Notes under the pieces: generated by a model
What the model was told of the DNA's origin: nothing
The model's database searches: none
Seen by the model: only the letters and a program-made list of their open reading frames with translations
NCBI GenBank assembly: GCA_046861645.1
Contig: JBHHUM010000009.1
Location: 1-52,145, forward strand
Direction of reading: 5' to 3'
Length of the DNA: 52,145 bases
From: Fidelibacterota bacterium
GTDB taxonomy: Bacteria > Fidelibacterota > Marinisomatia > Marinisomatales > UBA2128
Program-made: the position numbers and the translations under genes
Part shown: in pieces, positions 1 to 10,114 of the stretch
Position numbering within the stretch: the stretch's first letter is position 1
Layout of the letters: the number at the start of each line of letters is the position of its first letter

Positions 1-8
1 CTTGATAT

Positions 9-82
<74 letters not shown>

Positions 83-305
83 CAGGATGCTACGGAGTTT
101 CTTTCTACTGGTCACCATCTAATGAGTCAGTTATACCTTTCAGCCGATCATTAGAAAGTAATGTTGGTATAAAATCTATTACTGTATGACAATGTTACCT
201 GGAAAACAAGTCAGGATAAAATTAATGGTAAAACAGAGAATAATTATTCCAAACAGTTACTAATCTTTGCTCTAAAAGGGTAAGCAGCAGAAACGCTAAA
301 AAAGA

Positions 306-770
306 TTATTCCAAGTAACTTTGAATAACATGTTGCATCAGACCCTGAAGTCTGGCAAATCTTGCGCTGATCATGGTGGTGATATTCTTCATAATTATGA
401 ATCCCAGATTTCTATCGTCATCACAAAGTTTCCTGATTTTATCAGTCTGTAATCGTAGCAGTTGGGTGTAGCCATTAGCATAGGCTGAAAGGGTATATTT
501 ATACGGTTTTGTGAAGGCAGACCATCCTAGAGACCCCTTTTCCTTGATAGTATCTAGAGTTAAGATCATTGGAGCGTTCAAGTGGTTCACCGAAAATTTC
601 AGTTTCACCTCTCCCGTGCCTACGATGTACATATAATCTGCATTGTCTCCAGCGTTGAATATTTTTTCCCCATCTTGAAACTCTACAGCCTCTCCTATTT
701 TTACTATTTTTTCTAATTCTTGGGAATTTATTTTACTAAAAACGCTTGATTCCCTTATTAAATCAATCAT
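306..770 (-). CDS. Stand-alone cyclic nucleotide-binding (Crp-type sensory) domain protein without an obvious HTH
   Basis: IFNAGDNADYMYIVGTGEV...GSLGWSA...YTLSAYA cNMP-domain signature. Start placed at 770 (MIDLIRES) after AGGAGAAGGA; the ORF track starts at 791. Confidence 0.8.
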   Translation of the reverse strand: MIDLIRESSVFSKINSQELEKIVKIGEAVEFQDGEKIFNAGDNADYMYIVGTGEVKLKFSVNHLNAPMILTLDTIKEKGSLGWSAFTKPYKYTLSAYANGYTQLLRLQTDKIRKLCDDDRNLGFIIMKNITTMISARFARLQGLMQHVIQSYLE

Positions 771-861
771 AATTCCTTCTCCTGTATTCAATGAAATTTT
801 TCATGGAATATTTTCTAACATAGGTCAAATCTGTGAAAAATTTTCTTCTTTGAGCCCCTCT

Positions 862-1284
862 TTATGGAATAGTTTCATCTGGTTGACTGAAGACCTTAAT
901 GTAGTCCACGAGATAGTCAACCTGATATCGTTTTAAGGTGTTCCCCCACGCTGGCATGATCACCGATTTATTTATCCCTCTACCGCCCTGAACGATGACT
1001 TCAGCCAACCGTTCAGAAGAGAATGCTTTCATGTAATCCCGATCACTGAGATCACGCGGTCGAGGAGTAAGATTGTAAGAATTGAACCCGTCACCTCTAC
1101 CTGATACTCCATGACAAACTGCACAATATTTATTGTAAAGATAGGCACCCTGTTGCTGTTCGTAGGTTAATTTACTACTGATCACAAAAGACTCAGAAAG
1201 ATTCTTTTCGGGGATCTTATTATAGCTGCAGCCTGGCCAGCTTACCAGTAGTACAAGAATCAGGAAAGATGACATTGCTCTCAT
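862..1284 (-). CDS. Exported monoheme cytochrome c (class I)
   Basis: Hydrophobic N-terminus with possible lipoprotein Cys, one CAVCH motif, distal Met in IMPAWG. Confidence 0.88.
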   Translation of the reverse strand: MRAMSSFLILVLLVSWPGCSYNKIPEKNLSESFVISSKLTYEQQQGAYLYNKYCAVCHGVSGRGDGFNSYNLTPRPRDLSDRDYMKAFSSERLAEVIVQGGRGINKSVIMPAWGNTLKRYQVDYLVDYIKVFSQPDETIP

Positions 1285-3260
1285 TCTGCTTCTTCCAGAC
1301 TCATGATGTACGCAGTGATCTGTTTCGCTTCCATATCCGTGAGTCCTTGGTTGGGATCAATAGTATCCGGACGGTAATATTGAGGATTTTTCATCCAGGA
1401 ATATATCCAGCCAGGTTTTGATCTTTTGGCGGTTTCGTTTAGAGGAGGTCCTACATATCCGCCTTTTCCGTTGATCTGATGACACGATTGACAACCGTAA
1501 ATTTCGAATAATAACTTTTCCCCCTGTTTAATCATTTTTGGTTCATTGAGAGGGATATCAATACTATCAATATCATCATCGAGAAAGACAGTATTTATAT
1601 AGTTAGCTGTGAATTTCATCTCTGCTTCGCTCATAAAAAGATTGGGCATGCGTTCGGTGAGGGTTGGCCTTAGAGTATAGGGGATTTTGAAATAATTTCG
1701 TAACCAGGAGTGATATACTCGACTCCCTTCCAGACTCAGGTCTGTAGCCAGAAGAAAGCCACTATTTTGAATTTTATGACAAGTAAAACAGGCATATTTA
1801 TTGATAATGCGACCGAACTCTCCCTGGGGTACGTAGTGGTCATGTTCTTTGTCTTTGTGGACGAGATATTTATCAGGTATTTCCTCCTTCCTTAGGGAAA
1901 GAAGAGCACTAGTAACAGCTCGAATTTCTTCATCGGAAAAACCGAAATTGGGCATACGCGAATTAGTTAAAAAATGCTTTGGATTCTTAATTTTGTGATA
2001 AACGTATGAAGGTCTCGTTTCCTCAATTTCAGCTTCCCCAAATTCCATTTCAATCTGAGGTCTGCTACCGACGTAAGACAGATCCGGCCCCATGTTTCTT
2101 TCCACTCCTGCAACGGAAAGTTCATGACAGCCCAGGCAGTTATAATTGTTGAATAGTTTCAGTCCTTTTCGATAATAGTCAGGATCAGGAATATGGGACA
2201 AACTGGTTGTATCTTCTTCTAAATCCCACTCTTTGAATTCACTCAGGATGTAGGCGGCTACAGCAATGGCATCTTTTTTTGAAAAACCGTACTCAGGCAT
2301 GGGAACCCCGGGATGTAAACCTTTGGGATTTCGTATATAGTTGTATATCCAGATAGGGGTGACAGCGGAAGCGATCTGACCTATTTCAGGCGCCAGATGA
2401 CCGCCTTTTCCGTTTATTTGATGACAGCTGATACAGCGAGCTTCACGTACACGTGTTTTTCCCAGGTCAACAAGCTTTTCATCCGGCCACTCCTCTTGGA
2501 GAGCATCTGGTAAAGGCTCTAACTGCATTTCCTCTGGATACTGATTGAAGGTCATAAGGAAGTCGGTGAGGATCTGAATCTCTTCATCAGTCAAATTAAA
2601 GTTCGGCATTTTGGTATCTGGCTGAACTTTTCGGGGATCCTTTAACCAACGAACCAACCATTGTCTGGTAGTCTTTTTCCCAATACCGTCCAAGCTGGGG
2701 ACAAATTCTGGAGTATAACCCGGTAAATTATGACAAGAGACACAATTGTATTGCTGGATCAGCTGCCTTCCTCTTGATAAAATGGGGGCATCCTGTACAT
2801 CTTGATCTTTGTGGCAGACACCACATGCAGCTTCAATAAAGTATAGGGGTAGCATGGGGTCATCCCAGAATTCTACCTCACCGATGGATTCTTCTACACT
2901 GGTGGCGATTCCTTGTCCGTGATGGCAGACTGTGCAACCAAATTCTTCAGGATCATGAAACATTTTAGGGTGCGGGCGAAATGGCTCGGACATATCCACC
3001 AGTTGATAATTACTTACACCTACATGACAGGAAGTACAGCGGTCAACTCGATTTAAATCTTTGATCCAAACTTGCTTGATACCGATATGAACTGGTTTAA
3101 TTCGATAAGGTTGGTCCTTTATTAGAGAGTTGAATTTTTTCTGAAAATACCGCCATTCACTGAAGTAATCCTTTGTGGGAGAAATGGCAGATACAATAAG
3201 AAATATGACCGACGTGAAGGCGAATATGATGCTTAAATCTTTAGGCTTTTTCAGGGACAT
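1281..3260 (-). CDS. Membrane-anchored octaheme cytochrome c associated with the Rieske/cytochrome b complex
   Basis: N-terminal TM helix; 8 CxxCH motifs (CTSCH, CTVCH, CGVCH, CVSCH, CISCH, CLGCH, CFTCH, CQSCH); repeated class-I domains with MP distal Met motifs. Confidence 0.9.
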   Translation of the reverse strand: MSLKKPKDLSIIFAFTSVIFLIVSAISPTKDYFSEWRYFQKKFNSLIKDQPYRIKPVHIGIKQVWIKDLNRVDRCTSCHVGVSNYQLVDMSEPFRPHPKMFHDPEEFGCTVCHHGQGIATSVEESIGEVEFWDDPMLPLYFIEAACGVCHKDQDVQDAPILSRGRQLIQQYNCVSCHNLPGYTPEFVPSLDGIGKKTTRQWLVRWLKDPRKVQPDTKMPNFNLTDEEIQILTDFLMTFNQYPEEMQLEPLPDALQEEWPDEKLVDLGKTRVREARCISCHQINGKGGHLAPEIGQIASAVTPIWIYNYIRNPKGLHPGVPMPEYGFSKKDAIAVAAYILSEFKEWDLEEDTTSLSHIPDPDYYRKGLKLFNNYNCLGCHELSVAGVERNMGPDLSYVGSRPQIEMEFGEAEIEETRPSYVYHKIKNPKHFLTNSRMPNFGFSDEEIRAVTSALLSLRKEEIPDKYLVHKDKEHDHYVPQGEFGRIINKYACFTCHKIQNSGFLLATDLSLEGSRVYHSWLRNYFKIPYTLRPTLTERMPNLFMSEAEMKFTANYINTVFLDDDIDSIDIPLNEPKMIKQGEKLLFEIYGCQSCHQINGKGGYVGPPLNETAKRSKPGWIYSWMKNPQYYRPDTIDPNQGLTDMEAKQITAYIMSLEEAE

Positions 3261-3313
3261 CAGAATTGATTAGAGCATCGAAGTATTCGTGAAGTCATTC
3301 TTATGAATATTCA

Positions 3314-4024
3314 TCAGTAGATTCCCTCTATCCAGGGCCACGACCACCGCCAATAAGGTCCACGGAAGAATACCCCAATAATGGTGAGAACAGTAGCAAT
3401 CACGACAAACCACGTCATAATCCAATGGGTGAGAGACATTTCCCGTAACCATCCTAAGAATCCGCTTTCTCTAGGGAAGAAGTAGGGAATCATCATAAAT
3501 CCGTAGACTAATATTGTAGGAACAGAAATAGCCCAGGCATGAAAAAAGATCATAGCCACTACAATTATTATCATAGTCGATGTTAGCAAAAACAAGGTTT
3601 GTTGCTGTTTCGACTCCCACAAACCTTGACGTTTGATGTTGATATCGAAATAAGGGATCACAATGAGGGCAAGAACCACCAGTGTTGGAATTAAAACACC
3701 TCCTACGACGGGTGGGAAATAATGTAATAATTCCTGAAGCCCGAGAAAGTACCAGGGAGCTTTAGCGGGTACTTCTGTATGTTGAGGATCGGCGATGTGC
3801 TTCAGCGGGGCATCGAAAATGAGGGATACCAGGGAAAGCAGAATGATTAATACCTGTAAGGCAATAATGCCCCTGATTACGAGGTGTGGGAATGACATTA
3901 TCATTTCCTCGTCTTCGCGGTGTACTGCTGCAGAAGTTTCACGTTTAATAAAGGCGACCCTTTTCTGCTCAGCTTTTGAAGAGGAATCGGAATAAGCTAT
4001 AAATTTTTTGTCAGTCTCAGTCAT
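3314..4024 (-). CDS. Cytochrome b C-terminal subunit (subunit IV/QcrC-like)
   Basis: [23 protein letters not shown] (PEWY-variant Qo motif); multiple TM helices; follows the cytochrome b N-terminal gene. Confidence 0.85.
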   Translation of the reverse strand: MTETDKKFIAYSDSSSKAEQKRVAFIKRETSAAVHREDEEMIMSFPHLVIRGIIALQVLIILLSLVSLIFDAPLKHIADPQHTEVPAKAPWYFLGLQELLHYFPPVVGGVLIPTLVVLALIVIPYFDINIKRQGLWESKQQQTLFLLTSTMIIIVVAMIFFHAWAISVPTILVYGFMMIPYFFPRESGFLGWLREMSLTHWIMTWFVVIATVLTIIGVFFRGPYWRWSWPWIEGIY

Positions 4025-4757
4025 TTTTCTTTTTCTTTGAGAACAAAGGTTGAACGCCCCCGTCTTTTCTCACTCTCCAGAAATGAATTCCTATTAGAAT
4101 GCTGGCAATAAAGGGTAATATTAGACAGTGTAGAACATAGAAACGGAGGAGGGTATTTTCGCCGATTGAATTTCCTCCCAATAGTAAAAATTTTATTTTT
4201 TTGCCAATGAAAGGAGCTGCATCGGCCATATTTGCCCCAACATTCACGGCCCAATAAGCAAGTTGATCCCAGGGCAATAAGTATCCGGTATAACTAAGAA
4301 ATAAGGTGACAATCAGCAGCATTACTCCTAACGCCCAATTGAACTGCTTGGGAGGCCGGTAGGCGCCAGCATAAAAAACTCGTAACATATGTAAAAATAC
4401 TACGGCAACCATCGCATGAGCGGACCAACGATGGAGGTTTCTTAAGAACACACCTGAGGAGACAACGAATTGTAAATCCTTCATATCCCAATAAGCTTTG
4501 GGAACAGAAGGGTGATAGTAGAGCATCAGGTAAATCCCAGTAAGAGTCAGAATTAAAAAAAGGCTGAAAGCGATAAATCCGAGATAAAATGTGGCGGTAA
4601 ACCGAATTGAATCAACTCTCGATTTTACAGGGAGGAGGTGTAGAAAAAAATTGTTAAAGATCGCTTTTGATCTACCGAGATTGTGAGAAAACGAGCCACT
4701 GCGAAAAATTGACTTCCAGGCTTTTGTAGCTCTTAGCTTTTCCAGTAAATCTGCCAT
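4017..4757 (-). CDS. Cytochrome b6-type N-terminal subunit
   Basis: [45 protein letters not shown]...IGIH heme b ligands. Confidence 0.93.
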   Translation of the reverse strand: MADLLEKLRATKAWKSIFRSGSFSHNLGRSKAIFNNFFLHLLPVKSRVDSIRFTATFYLGFIAFSLFLILTLTGIYLMLYYHPSVPKAYWDMKDLQFVVSSGVFLRNLHRWSAHAMVAVVFLHMLRVFYAGAYRPPKQFNWALGVMLLIVTLFLSYTGYLLPWDQLAYWAVNVGANMADAAPFIGKKIKFLLLGGNSIGENTLLRFYVLHCLILPFIASILIGIHFWRVRKDGGVQPLFSKKKKND

Positions 4758-4859
4758 AGTCTATTAATAACTCATAAAAACGGAACCTGATAAACAATCA
4801 TATGATCCTTTGAACAGTTGGACACTTATGTGCTGAGCATGTTTCAAAGATTCATCCCC

Positions 4860-5333
4860 TTACACTTTCAGAACATAATTATCATCAACGATTACTCCTT
4901 TGTCAACAATGAGTTCTCCCCGATCGTTCTGCTCAATTAGCAAATGCTTCAGTGGTTTAGGAGCAGGCCCACTCAATACTTCTCCTTTCAGGTCAAAGAT
5001 GCTTCCATGACATGGGCAAGCGATCTTTTGTTCTGAGGTGCGATAGTTCGTGATACATCCCAAGTGCGTGCAGACGGCCGAGAGTGAATAAAAATATCCG
5101 GCTTTTGCCCGGACGATATAGACTTGCTGTACTGAATTGAGGGTAACACTATCAGCGGAGAAATCCTCAGGTGAACCCGCTTTGAATTTGGTTGGTGGTT
5201 CAAACAGTACATTCGGTGATAAATATTGAAAGGAGAGAATGGATCCACCACCTATCGTTACACCTATAGATCCAAGTCCTATTTTAAAAAGAAACTCTCT
5301 TCTATTCATTTTCTTCTTATTCTTTTCTGACAT
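4860..5333 (-). CDS. Rieske [2Fe-2S] subunit of a quinol:cytochrome c oxidoreductase
   Basis: Tat motif NRREFL plus TM helix; CTHLGC and CPCHGS boxes; GPAPKPL. Confidence 0.94.
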   Translation of the reverse strand: MSEKNKKKMNRREFLFKIGLGSIGVTIGGGSILSFQYLSPNVLFEPPTKFKAGSPEDFSADSVTLNSVQQVYIVRAKAGYFYSLSAVCTHLGCITNYRTSEQKIACPCHGSIFDLKGEVLSGPAPKPLKHLLIEQNDRGELIVDKGVIVDDNYVLKV

Positions 5334-5500
5334 GAATAAAGCTCCTGCGGATTATATTTAGTAAGTATTCCTGTAAGCTTTAATATTATCGACTGTGACT
5401 TTTGGAAATATGTTATTTCCAAACCAGAGTGTAATTTTCATCTAATCATCACTTTTAGTTTTTTAGGATTTGTGTCCATATTATGGCACAGCAATTGTTG

Positions 5501-7429
5501 TTAAGAAACTGAGCGACTTTCCCTCGAAAATTCTGAATTATGCTCCGAATATGTTGCCAACTGAAATTCTTCCATAGTAATACAACCTGTGGGACATCGT
5601 TTGGCACACAAACCACACCTGATACAGGTTTGATCATCTTTAATCATCACAGCTCCGTAGCGTTCCGGGTCATCCGCTCTCTGCCCCAGAATGAAATTGT
5701 CCTGATGGGAGGTGAAAAAGCGCAACATATCATTACTGAATTCTATCTGATCAAAAAACACTAAGGAGATACAATCTTCCGGGCAGATATCGACGCAACC
5801 CCCACATAAGATACATTCACTGCCTGACTCATCAATACCTTCAAAGGTTGTATTAATCCAGCATCTTAGACATCGTTGAGCTTCTTTAACGGCCTGCTCA
5901 TCAGTGTAGCCCAATTCTACTTGTGCAATTCCAACCCGTCTGTCAATTTCTAAAGCTGGTACCTTTTGGCGAGAAACAGTTTCAAAATCTGGGATTTGTT
6001 CATAATTGAAAGAATTATAAACTGATATCTCAATTGTCTGATGTGTTCTTTTCTCACCTGACAGGAAGGCATCAATAGCCGCTGCCGCTTTTTTCCCATC
6101 AGCTATGGCACTGATGGCATTTCTCACACCAAAAGCCACATCTCCCCCTGCAAAGACACCTTTTGCAGTTGTTTCCAAGGTCTCGGGATTAACCTTGATA
6201 GTATTTCGGGGAGTAGTTTCAATACCATCTTCATCGCTGATGAAATTCAAGTCTGAAGTTTGGCCAATGGCCATAATTATGGAATCGGCTTGTATGATTT
6301 TCTCCGTCCCGGGTGCAAAGGTAGGATTGAACCTGCCCTGATCATCAAATACTGAGACACAGTCGATAGTTTCTAATCCGGTTACTCTACCATTTTCCCC
6401 GATAATACGGTTTGGACCCAAGGCTGGATGAATAAAAATCCCCTCTTCCATGGCTTCTTCGATTTCAAGATCAGTAGCTGGCATTTCGATTCTTGATTCC
6501 AGGCAGACCATATGTACTTCCTTAGCGCCAAACCTGACAGCTGAACGGGCGACGTCTAAAGCCTCGATAATACTGGAGGCAACTTCATCTGTTTTCTCCT
6601 GTCGGAGAGCAGTACGAGCGACGTCAATAGCCACATTACCGCCACCGATAACGATGATCTTATGACCTAATTCAACCCGGTAGTTAAGATTAGCATTCAG
6701 TAGAAAATCTACTGCCCGCAGGACACCGTCTAACTCCACACCCTCAATGTTTAAATCGCGGCTTTTGTGAGCCCCCAACGCAATAAAAATTGCAGCATAA
6801 CCGTTATCTTTTAAGTCCTTAATAGTAAAATCTCTACCTAATCTTTTGCCGAGTTTTAGTTCAACACCAAGATTTAAGATAGCGTTGATTTCCATGCGAA
6901 TCAGCTCTCTAGGTAAACGATATTCAGGGACGCCAAGACGCAACATACCTCCAGCGACATCCTGGGCTTCAAACACGGTAACGCGATATCCAGACAGGGC
7001 TAAGTCGTGGGCGGCCGTCAGGCCTGCTGGACCAGATCCTATTATGGCCACCCACTCTTCTTTAGGAGGAACTTCAGGTCGGAAAACATCTCGGATTCGA
7101 GAGATATCGATGAGACTTTCCACACCATATTTTTCGCAAACAAATCTTTTCAATGCCCTGATCGAAACTGGATCGTCGACGTCCCCACGTCTACAGGAAT
7201 CTTCACAAGGTGCGGCGCAAATCCGTCCGCAGATTGAAGCAAAGGGGTTCGGAAAACGGGCAAGACGATAGGCGTCCTCCCACTGACCCTGTGCGATGAG
7301 ATTTACGTATCGGCCTGCCTCAGTGTGTACCGGACAGGCTTCAGCACAGGGGAAATTTTTAGAGAGCCATTCTGCATTAACTAATTTCTGTCTGCTTTTG
7401 TCCAATTTCGACTGATTATTCGTACTCAT
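5501..7429 (-). CDS. Cytoplasmic FAD/NAD(P)-dependent Fe-S oxidoreductase (GltD/NfnB/DsrL-like architecture) with C-terminal 2x[4Fe-4S] ferredoxin
   Basis: CAEACP...CGRICAAPCEDSC; IIGSGPAG (FAD); VIGGGNVA (NAD(P)); FAGGD; RCLRC; CILCGGCVDICP and CIRCGLCAKRCP; no signal peptide. Confidence 0.9.
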   Translation of the reverse strand: MSTNNQSKLDKSRQKLVNAEWLSKNFPCAEACPVHTEAGRYVNLIAQGQWEDAYRLARFPNPFASICGRICAAPCEDSCRRGDVDDPVSIRALKRFVCEKYGVESLIDISRIRDVFRPEVPPKEEWVAIIGSGPAGLTAAHDLALSGYRVTVFEAQDVAGGMLRLGVPEYRLPRELIRMEINAILNLGVELKLGKRLGRDFTIKDLKDNGYAAIFIALGAHKSRDLNIEGVELDGVLRAVDFLLNANLNYRVELGHKIIVIGGGNVAIDVARTALRQEKTDEVASSIIEALDVARSAVRFGAKEVHMVCLESRIEMPATDLEIEEAMEEGIFIHPALGPNRIIGENGRVTGLETIDCVSVFDDQGRFNPTFAPGTEKIIQADSIIMAIGQTSDLNFISDEDGIETTPRNTIKVNPETLETTAKGVFAGGDVAFGVRNAISAIADGKKAAAAIDAFLSGEKRTHQTIEISVYNSFNYEQIPDFETVSRQKVPALEIDRRVGIAQVELGYTDEQAVKEAQRCLRCWINTTFEGIDESGSECILCGGCVDICPEDCISLVFFDQIEFSNDMLRFFTSHQDNFILGQRADDPERYGAVMIKDDQTCIRCGLCAKRCPTGCITMEEFQLATYSEHNSEFSRESRSVS

Positions 7430-8363
7430 CCCATGGATATAGATTGATAAGATAGGCCAGGATGGAATTGATATCTTCTTCCGAGAGCTGTTCTTCCCAG
7501 GAAGGCATGGTTAAGGGGGGATCTGGTAACTCGAGATTCAGTTTTTGTAGCTTGGAACTGCCGTTTAAGATTTTTTTGTGGATGGAGTGGTATTGAGCCA
7601 GGAAGCGACTATAGTTCTCGATGGGTGACTTATCTTCCTGACTATTCAAATCCACATTGGTTGTTAGCAAGTCAATAACAATATCGGCATCTTCTTTCCA
7701 ATAAATTTTCATCTTGTCAGCCAGATTGTTTAGTGGTGGGACATATTCATTAATATAGTTGGGATTATATACTCCTCCAGCTCCGTTTTCTCCGTGACAG
7801 GTGATACAACCTTTACTCTGGTACAAGTATTCTCCTTTGGCGACAAATGAATCGAAGTTCTCAGGTGGGTTGTGTATTGTACAATAAGTATCTATGGAAT
7901 AATCATTGGAGAGTTTATATAAGGTGTCACTTGTTACTATAACCCTACCACGCATATAATAATGACACTCCCCACAGACTGTCAGACAATAGTAAGTGAA
8001 CTCACCGATTTTATCTGGTTGTACCGTAATTTCTACGGTATGACCTGCTTCAATTTGTATAGGACCGATTCCTAACTCAGGGACATAGAAGCTATGTGTA
8101 CCATCTGAACTTGTGAGTCGCAGAAGAATTTCATTGTCTTTTTGTAGTCTGAGGACAGCGGGGTGGAATGATTTCCACCAGTAATTAATCCCGTTTACCT
8201 CTTCGTCAGTCCAGACCCCATTTTTCATTACCCCTGTGAGATGAATTACAGGAAGACTATCATAAGAGCGTGAAGGGTTGTAGCTAAAAATAGTTAATGG
8301 GAGTCCTGCCAGACCGACTAAAGTGATACCGACAGCCAATAATTCTTGGAATCCTCGCTTCAT
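7416..8363 (-). CDS. CuA (cytochrome oxidase subunit II-like) domain fused to monoheme cytochrome c
   Basis: N-terminal TM; GTHSFY...CLTVCGECHYYM CuA motif; CITCH heme motif with TMPSW distal Met. Confidence 0.85.
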   Translation of the reverse strand: MKRGFQELLAVGITLVGLAGLPLTIFSYNPSRSYDSLPVIHLTGVMKNGVWTDEEVNGINYWWKSFHPAVLRLQKDNEILLRLTSSDGTHSFYVPELGIGPIQIEAGHTVEITVQPDKIGEFTYYCLTVCGECHYYMRGRVIVTSDTLYKLSNDYSIDTYCTIHNPPENFDSFVAKGEYLYQSKGCITCHGENGAGGVYNPNYINEYVPPLNNLADKMKIYWKEDADIVIDLLTTNVDLNSQEDKSPIENYSRFLAQYHSIHKKILNGSSKLQKLNLELPDPPLTMPSWEEQLSEEDINSILAYLINLYPWDEYE

Positions 8364-8569
8364 TGAGATATTTCCTGTCCATCGTCGGGGTGTCTAACCT
8401 TGACTTTTGGTACATCAGGAAAACATTCTTTTACTAAATGACAGTCACAAATAATGCATTCACCCACACATTTAGGACAATGGACAATGACAGTACCATC
8501 ATCGAGTTCTTCTATAGGTATGTCTTGAAAACATTCATTACAAAAGATGATTCTAGTATTGTTCTCCAC
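8360..8569 (-). CDS. Small Cys-rich putative metal-binding protein
   Basis: 69 aa with 8 Cys (CNEC, CPKC, CIICDC, C); GGGGAG RBS before the GTG start; stop overlaps the next start by 4 bp. Confidence 0.65.
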   Translation of the reverse strand: MENNTRIIFCNECFQDIPIEELDDGTVIVHCPKCVGECIICDCHLVKECFPDVPKVKVRHPDDGQEISQ

Positions 8570-8599
8570 GTTAATCTCCCCGTTTGTTTATTGTAGTTA

Positions 8600-10090
8600 T
8601 CATCCTGCAAAGAATCGTAGAAAGGCGAAAGTCACCAGAGTGGAAAAAGCTCCCATAGGAAGCAGTCCCTTTAATGCTGCCTGTGGAGAACCAAACAGTT
8701 TTTCTCCGATTTGGTAGCAGTGTTTGAGAGCATAAAACAGACCGGTTAAGAGCAGTAAGATCTGAGCAAAGACGAGGTATTCAGGCCACAGGGGTGTCCA
8801 AGGGAAATCTGCCGTTCCAAATAAGTTCCACCCCCAACCTAACGGGTCGGAGATGACAGAAATGATATAGGACCCATTTACAAAAAGTAGTGGGACACTG
8901 AATGCTATCCAAGCCAGCAAACCCAGTGGAACCAGAAGATAGGAGTAGCCAAGGAAGATTTCCTTTAGGGGAAGATGGACTGCGTTAGCCAGGCGGCGAG
9001 CTAAGAGGACGCACCCATAAAAAATACCGGGAACGACAACCAGAGCAGTTGACCATAGTATCAGAGCATAAGTGGCAAAACCACCCCAGGCATGGGTTTC
9101 GGCTACGTTAGCCCAATCTTTGATAGTACCATTCGGTCCAAGAAGAATCACCGAATATGCCATAGCCAACGCCAACATAATGAAACCTTTCCAAGCCTCG
9201 TCATAACCTCTTATTTGAGTATCGCTGGAGAAGGGTCTTAGATTTAAGGCGATATTGTCATTCGGACACGATTTAACGCACTCCATGCAAAGGCTACAGT
9301 AGTTGTTACGATCGAGCTTTCCCATATAGACGAACCAGGGACAAGCCCAACCATTTTCACTTCCTGTCCGACATCCTTTAGTTTTGCACTTTAAACAGAC
9401 ATCCCTGTCTTTTGAACGTAGTTCAACCGTAGATGTCATGGCATACAGACTCAGAAAGCCACTAACGGGACAGATGTAGTTACAAAAGGTTCTCATCCGG
9501 TAGATTAAGGCCAATAAAGTGGCCAGAATGACGAGACTACCTAAAACACCAACCGTTACTATGGGGCGGGTAACCAGGTGCGCGCTGAAAGTACACAAGC
9601 TGAGGAAGGCAAAATTTTGAAGCCAAATGTTGGTTAGTCGTTTTGGCCAGCGGAGGTTGAGGCCAAACATTTTATTTTTTATTCCTTTTGTTTTGCCTTT
9701 TCGTACCTTGATGAGTGCTCGTCTTTGTAACCAGTCACCGAAAAATGGCATGGGACAGACCGCACACCAGATTCGTGAAGCAAAGGGTACCATAACCGCT
9801 ATTAACATGAACCACCACAATATCCAGATGAATACGATCATGATGTTTTTGTTACCTACTGGGGTACCAAAAATGCCGGCAATAAAAAGAATCTGGAAAA
9901 CGAACAGGTTGGGTAACACAAGAAGGAATTGGTAAGATCGTAAACGAGCAAAGTTTTTCAAGCCGGGGATCCATTTAAAAAGGTCGACCCGAAACCCTTG
10001 GATTGCAATTGGTTCCTTTTTAGGGCGGCTTTTTCTTCTTCTATCTTCGGGAGGTTTTGTCCCCGGAGCTTGTGTCAGCAATTCGTTCAT
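8600..10090 (-). CDS. Polytopic 4Fe-4S membrane protein (NapH/NosH/CcoG-like polyferredoxin)
   Basis: WCAVCPMP, FCNYICPV, CLKCKTKGC, CSLCMECVKSCP; many TM helices. Confidence 0.85.
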   Translation of the reverse strand: MNELLTQAPGTKPPEDRRRKSRPKKEPIAIQGFRVDLFKWIPGLKNFARLRSYQFLLVLPNLFVFQILFIAGIFGTPVGNKNIMIVFIWILWWFMLIAVMVPFASRIWCAVCPMPFFGDWLQRRALIKVRKGKTKGIKNKMFGLNLRWPKRLTNIWLQNFAFLSLCTFSAHLVTRPIVTVGVLGSLVILATLLALIYRMRTFCNYICPVSGFLSLYAMTSTVELRSKDRDVCLKCKTKGCRTGSENGWACPWFVYMGKLDRNNYCSLCMECVKSCPNDNIALNLRPFSSDTQIRGYDEAWKGFIMLALAMAYSVILLGPNGTIKDWANVAETHAWGGFATYALILWSTALVVVPGIFYGCVLLARRLANAVHLPLKEIFLGYSYLLVPLGLLAWIAFSVPLLFVNGSYIISVISDPLGWGWNLFGTADFPWTPLWPEYLVFAQILLLLTGLFYALKHCYQIGEKLFGSPQAALKGLLPMGAFSTLVTFAFLRFFAG

Positions 10091-10114
10091 ATTCTGGTGG
10101 CTCTCAGTATTTGT

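Noticed and set aside
5501..7429. Glutamate synthase small subunit (gltD) or dsrL
   Set aside because: No gltB or dsr genes nearby; the extra ferredoxin domain and respiratory context favour a different role
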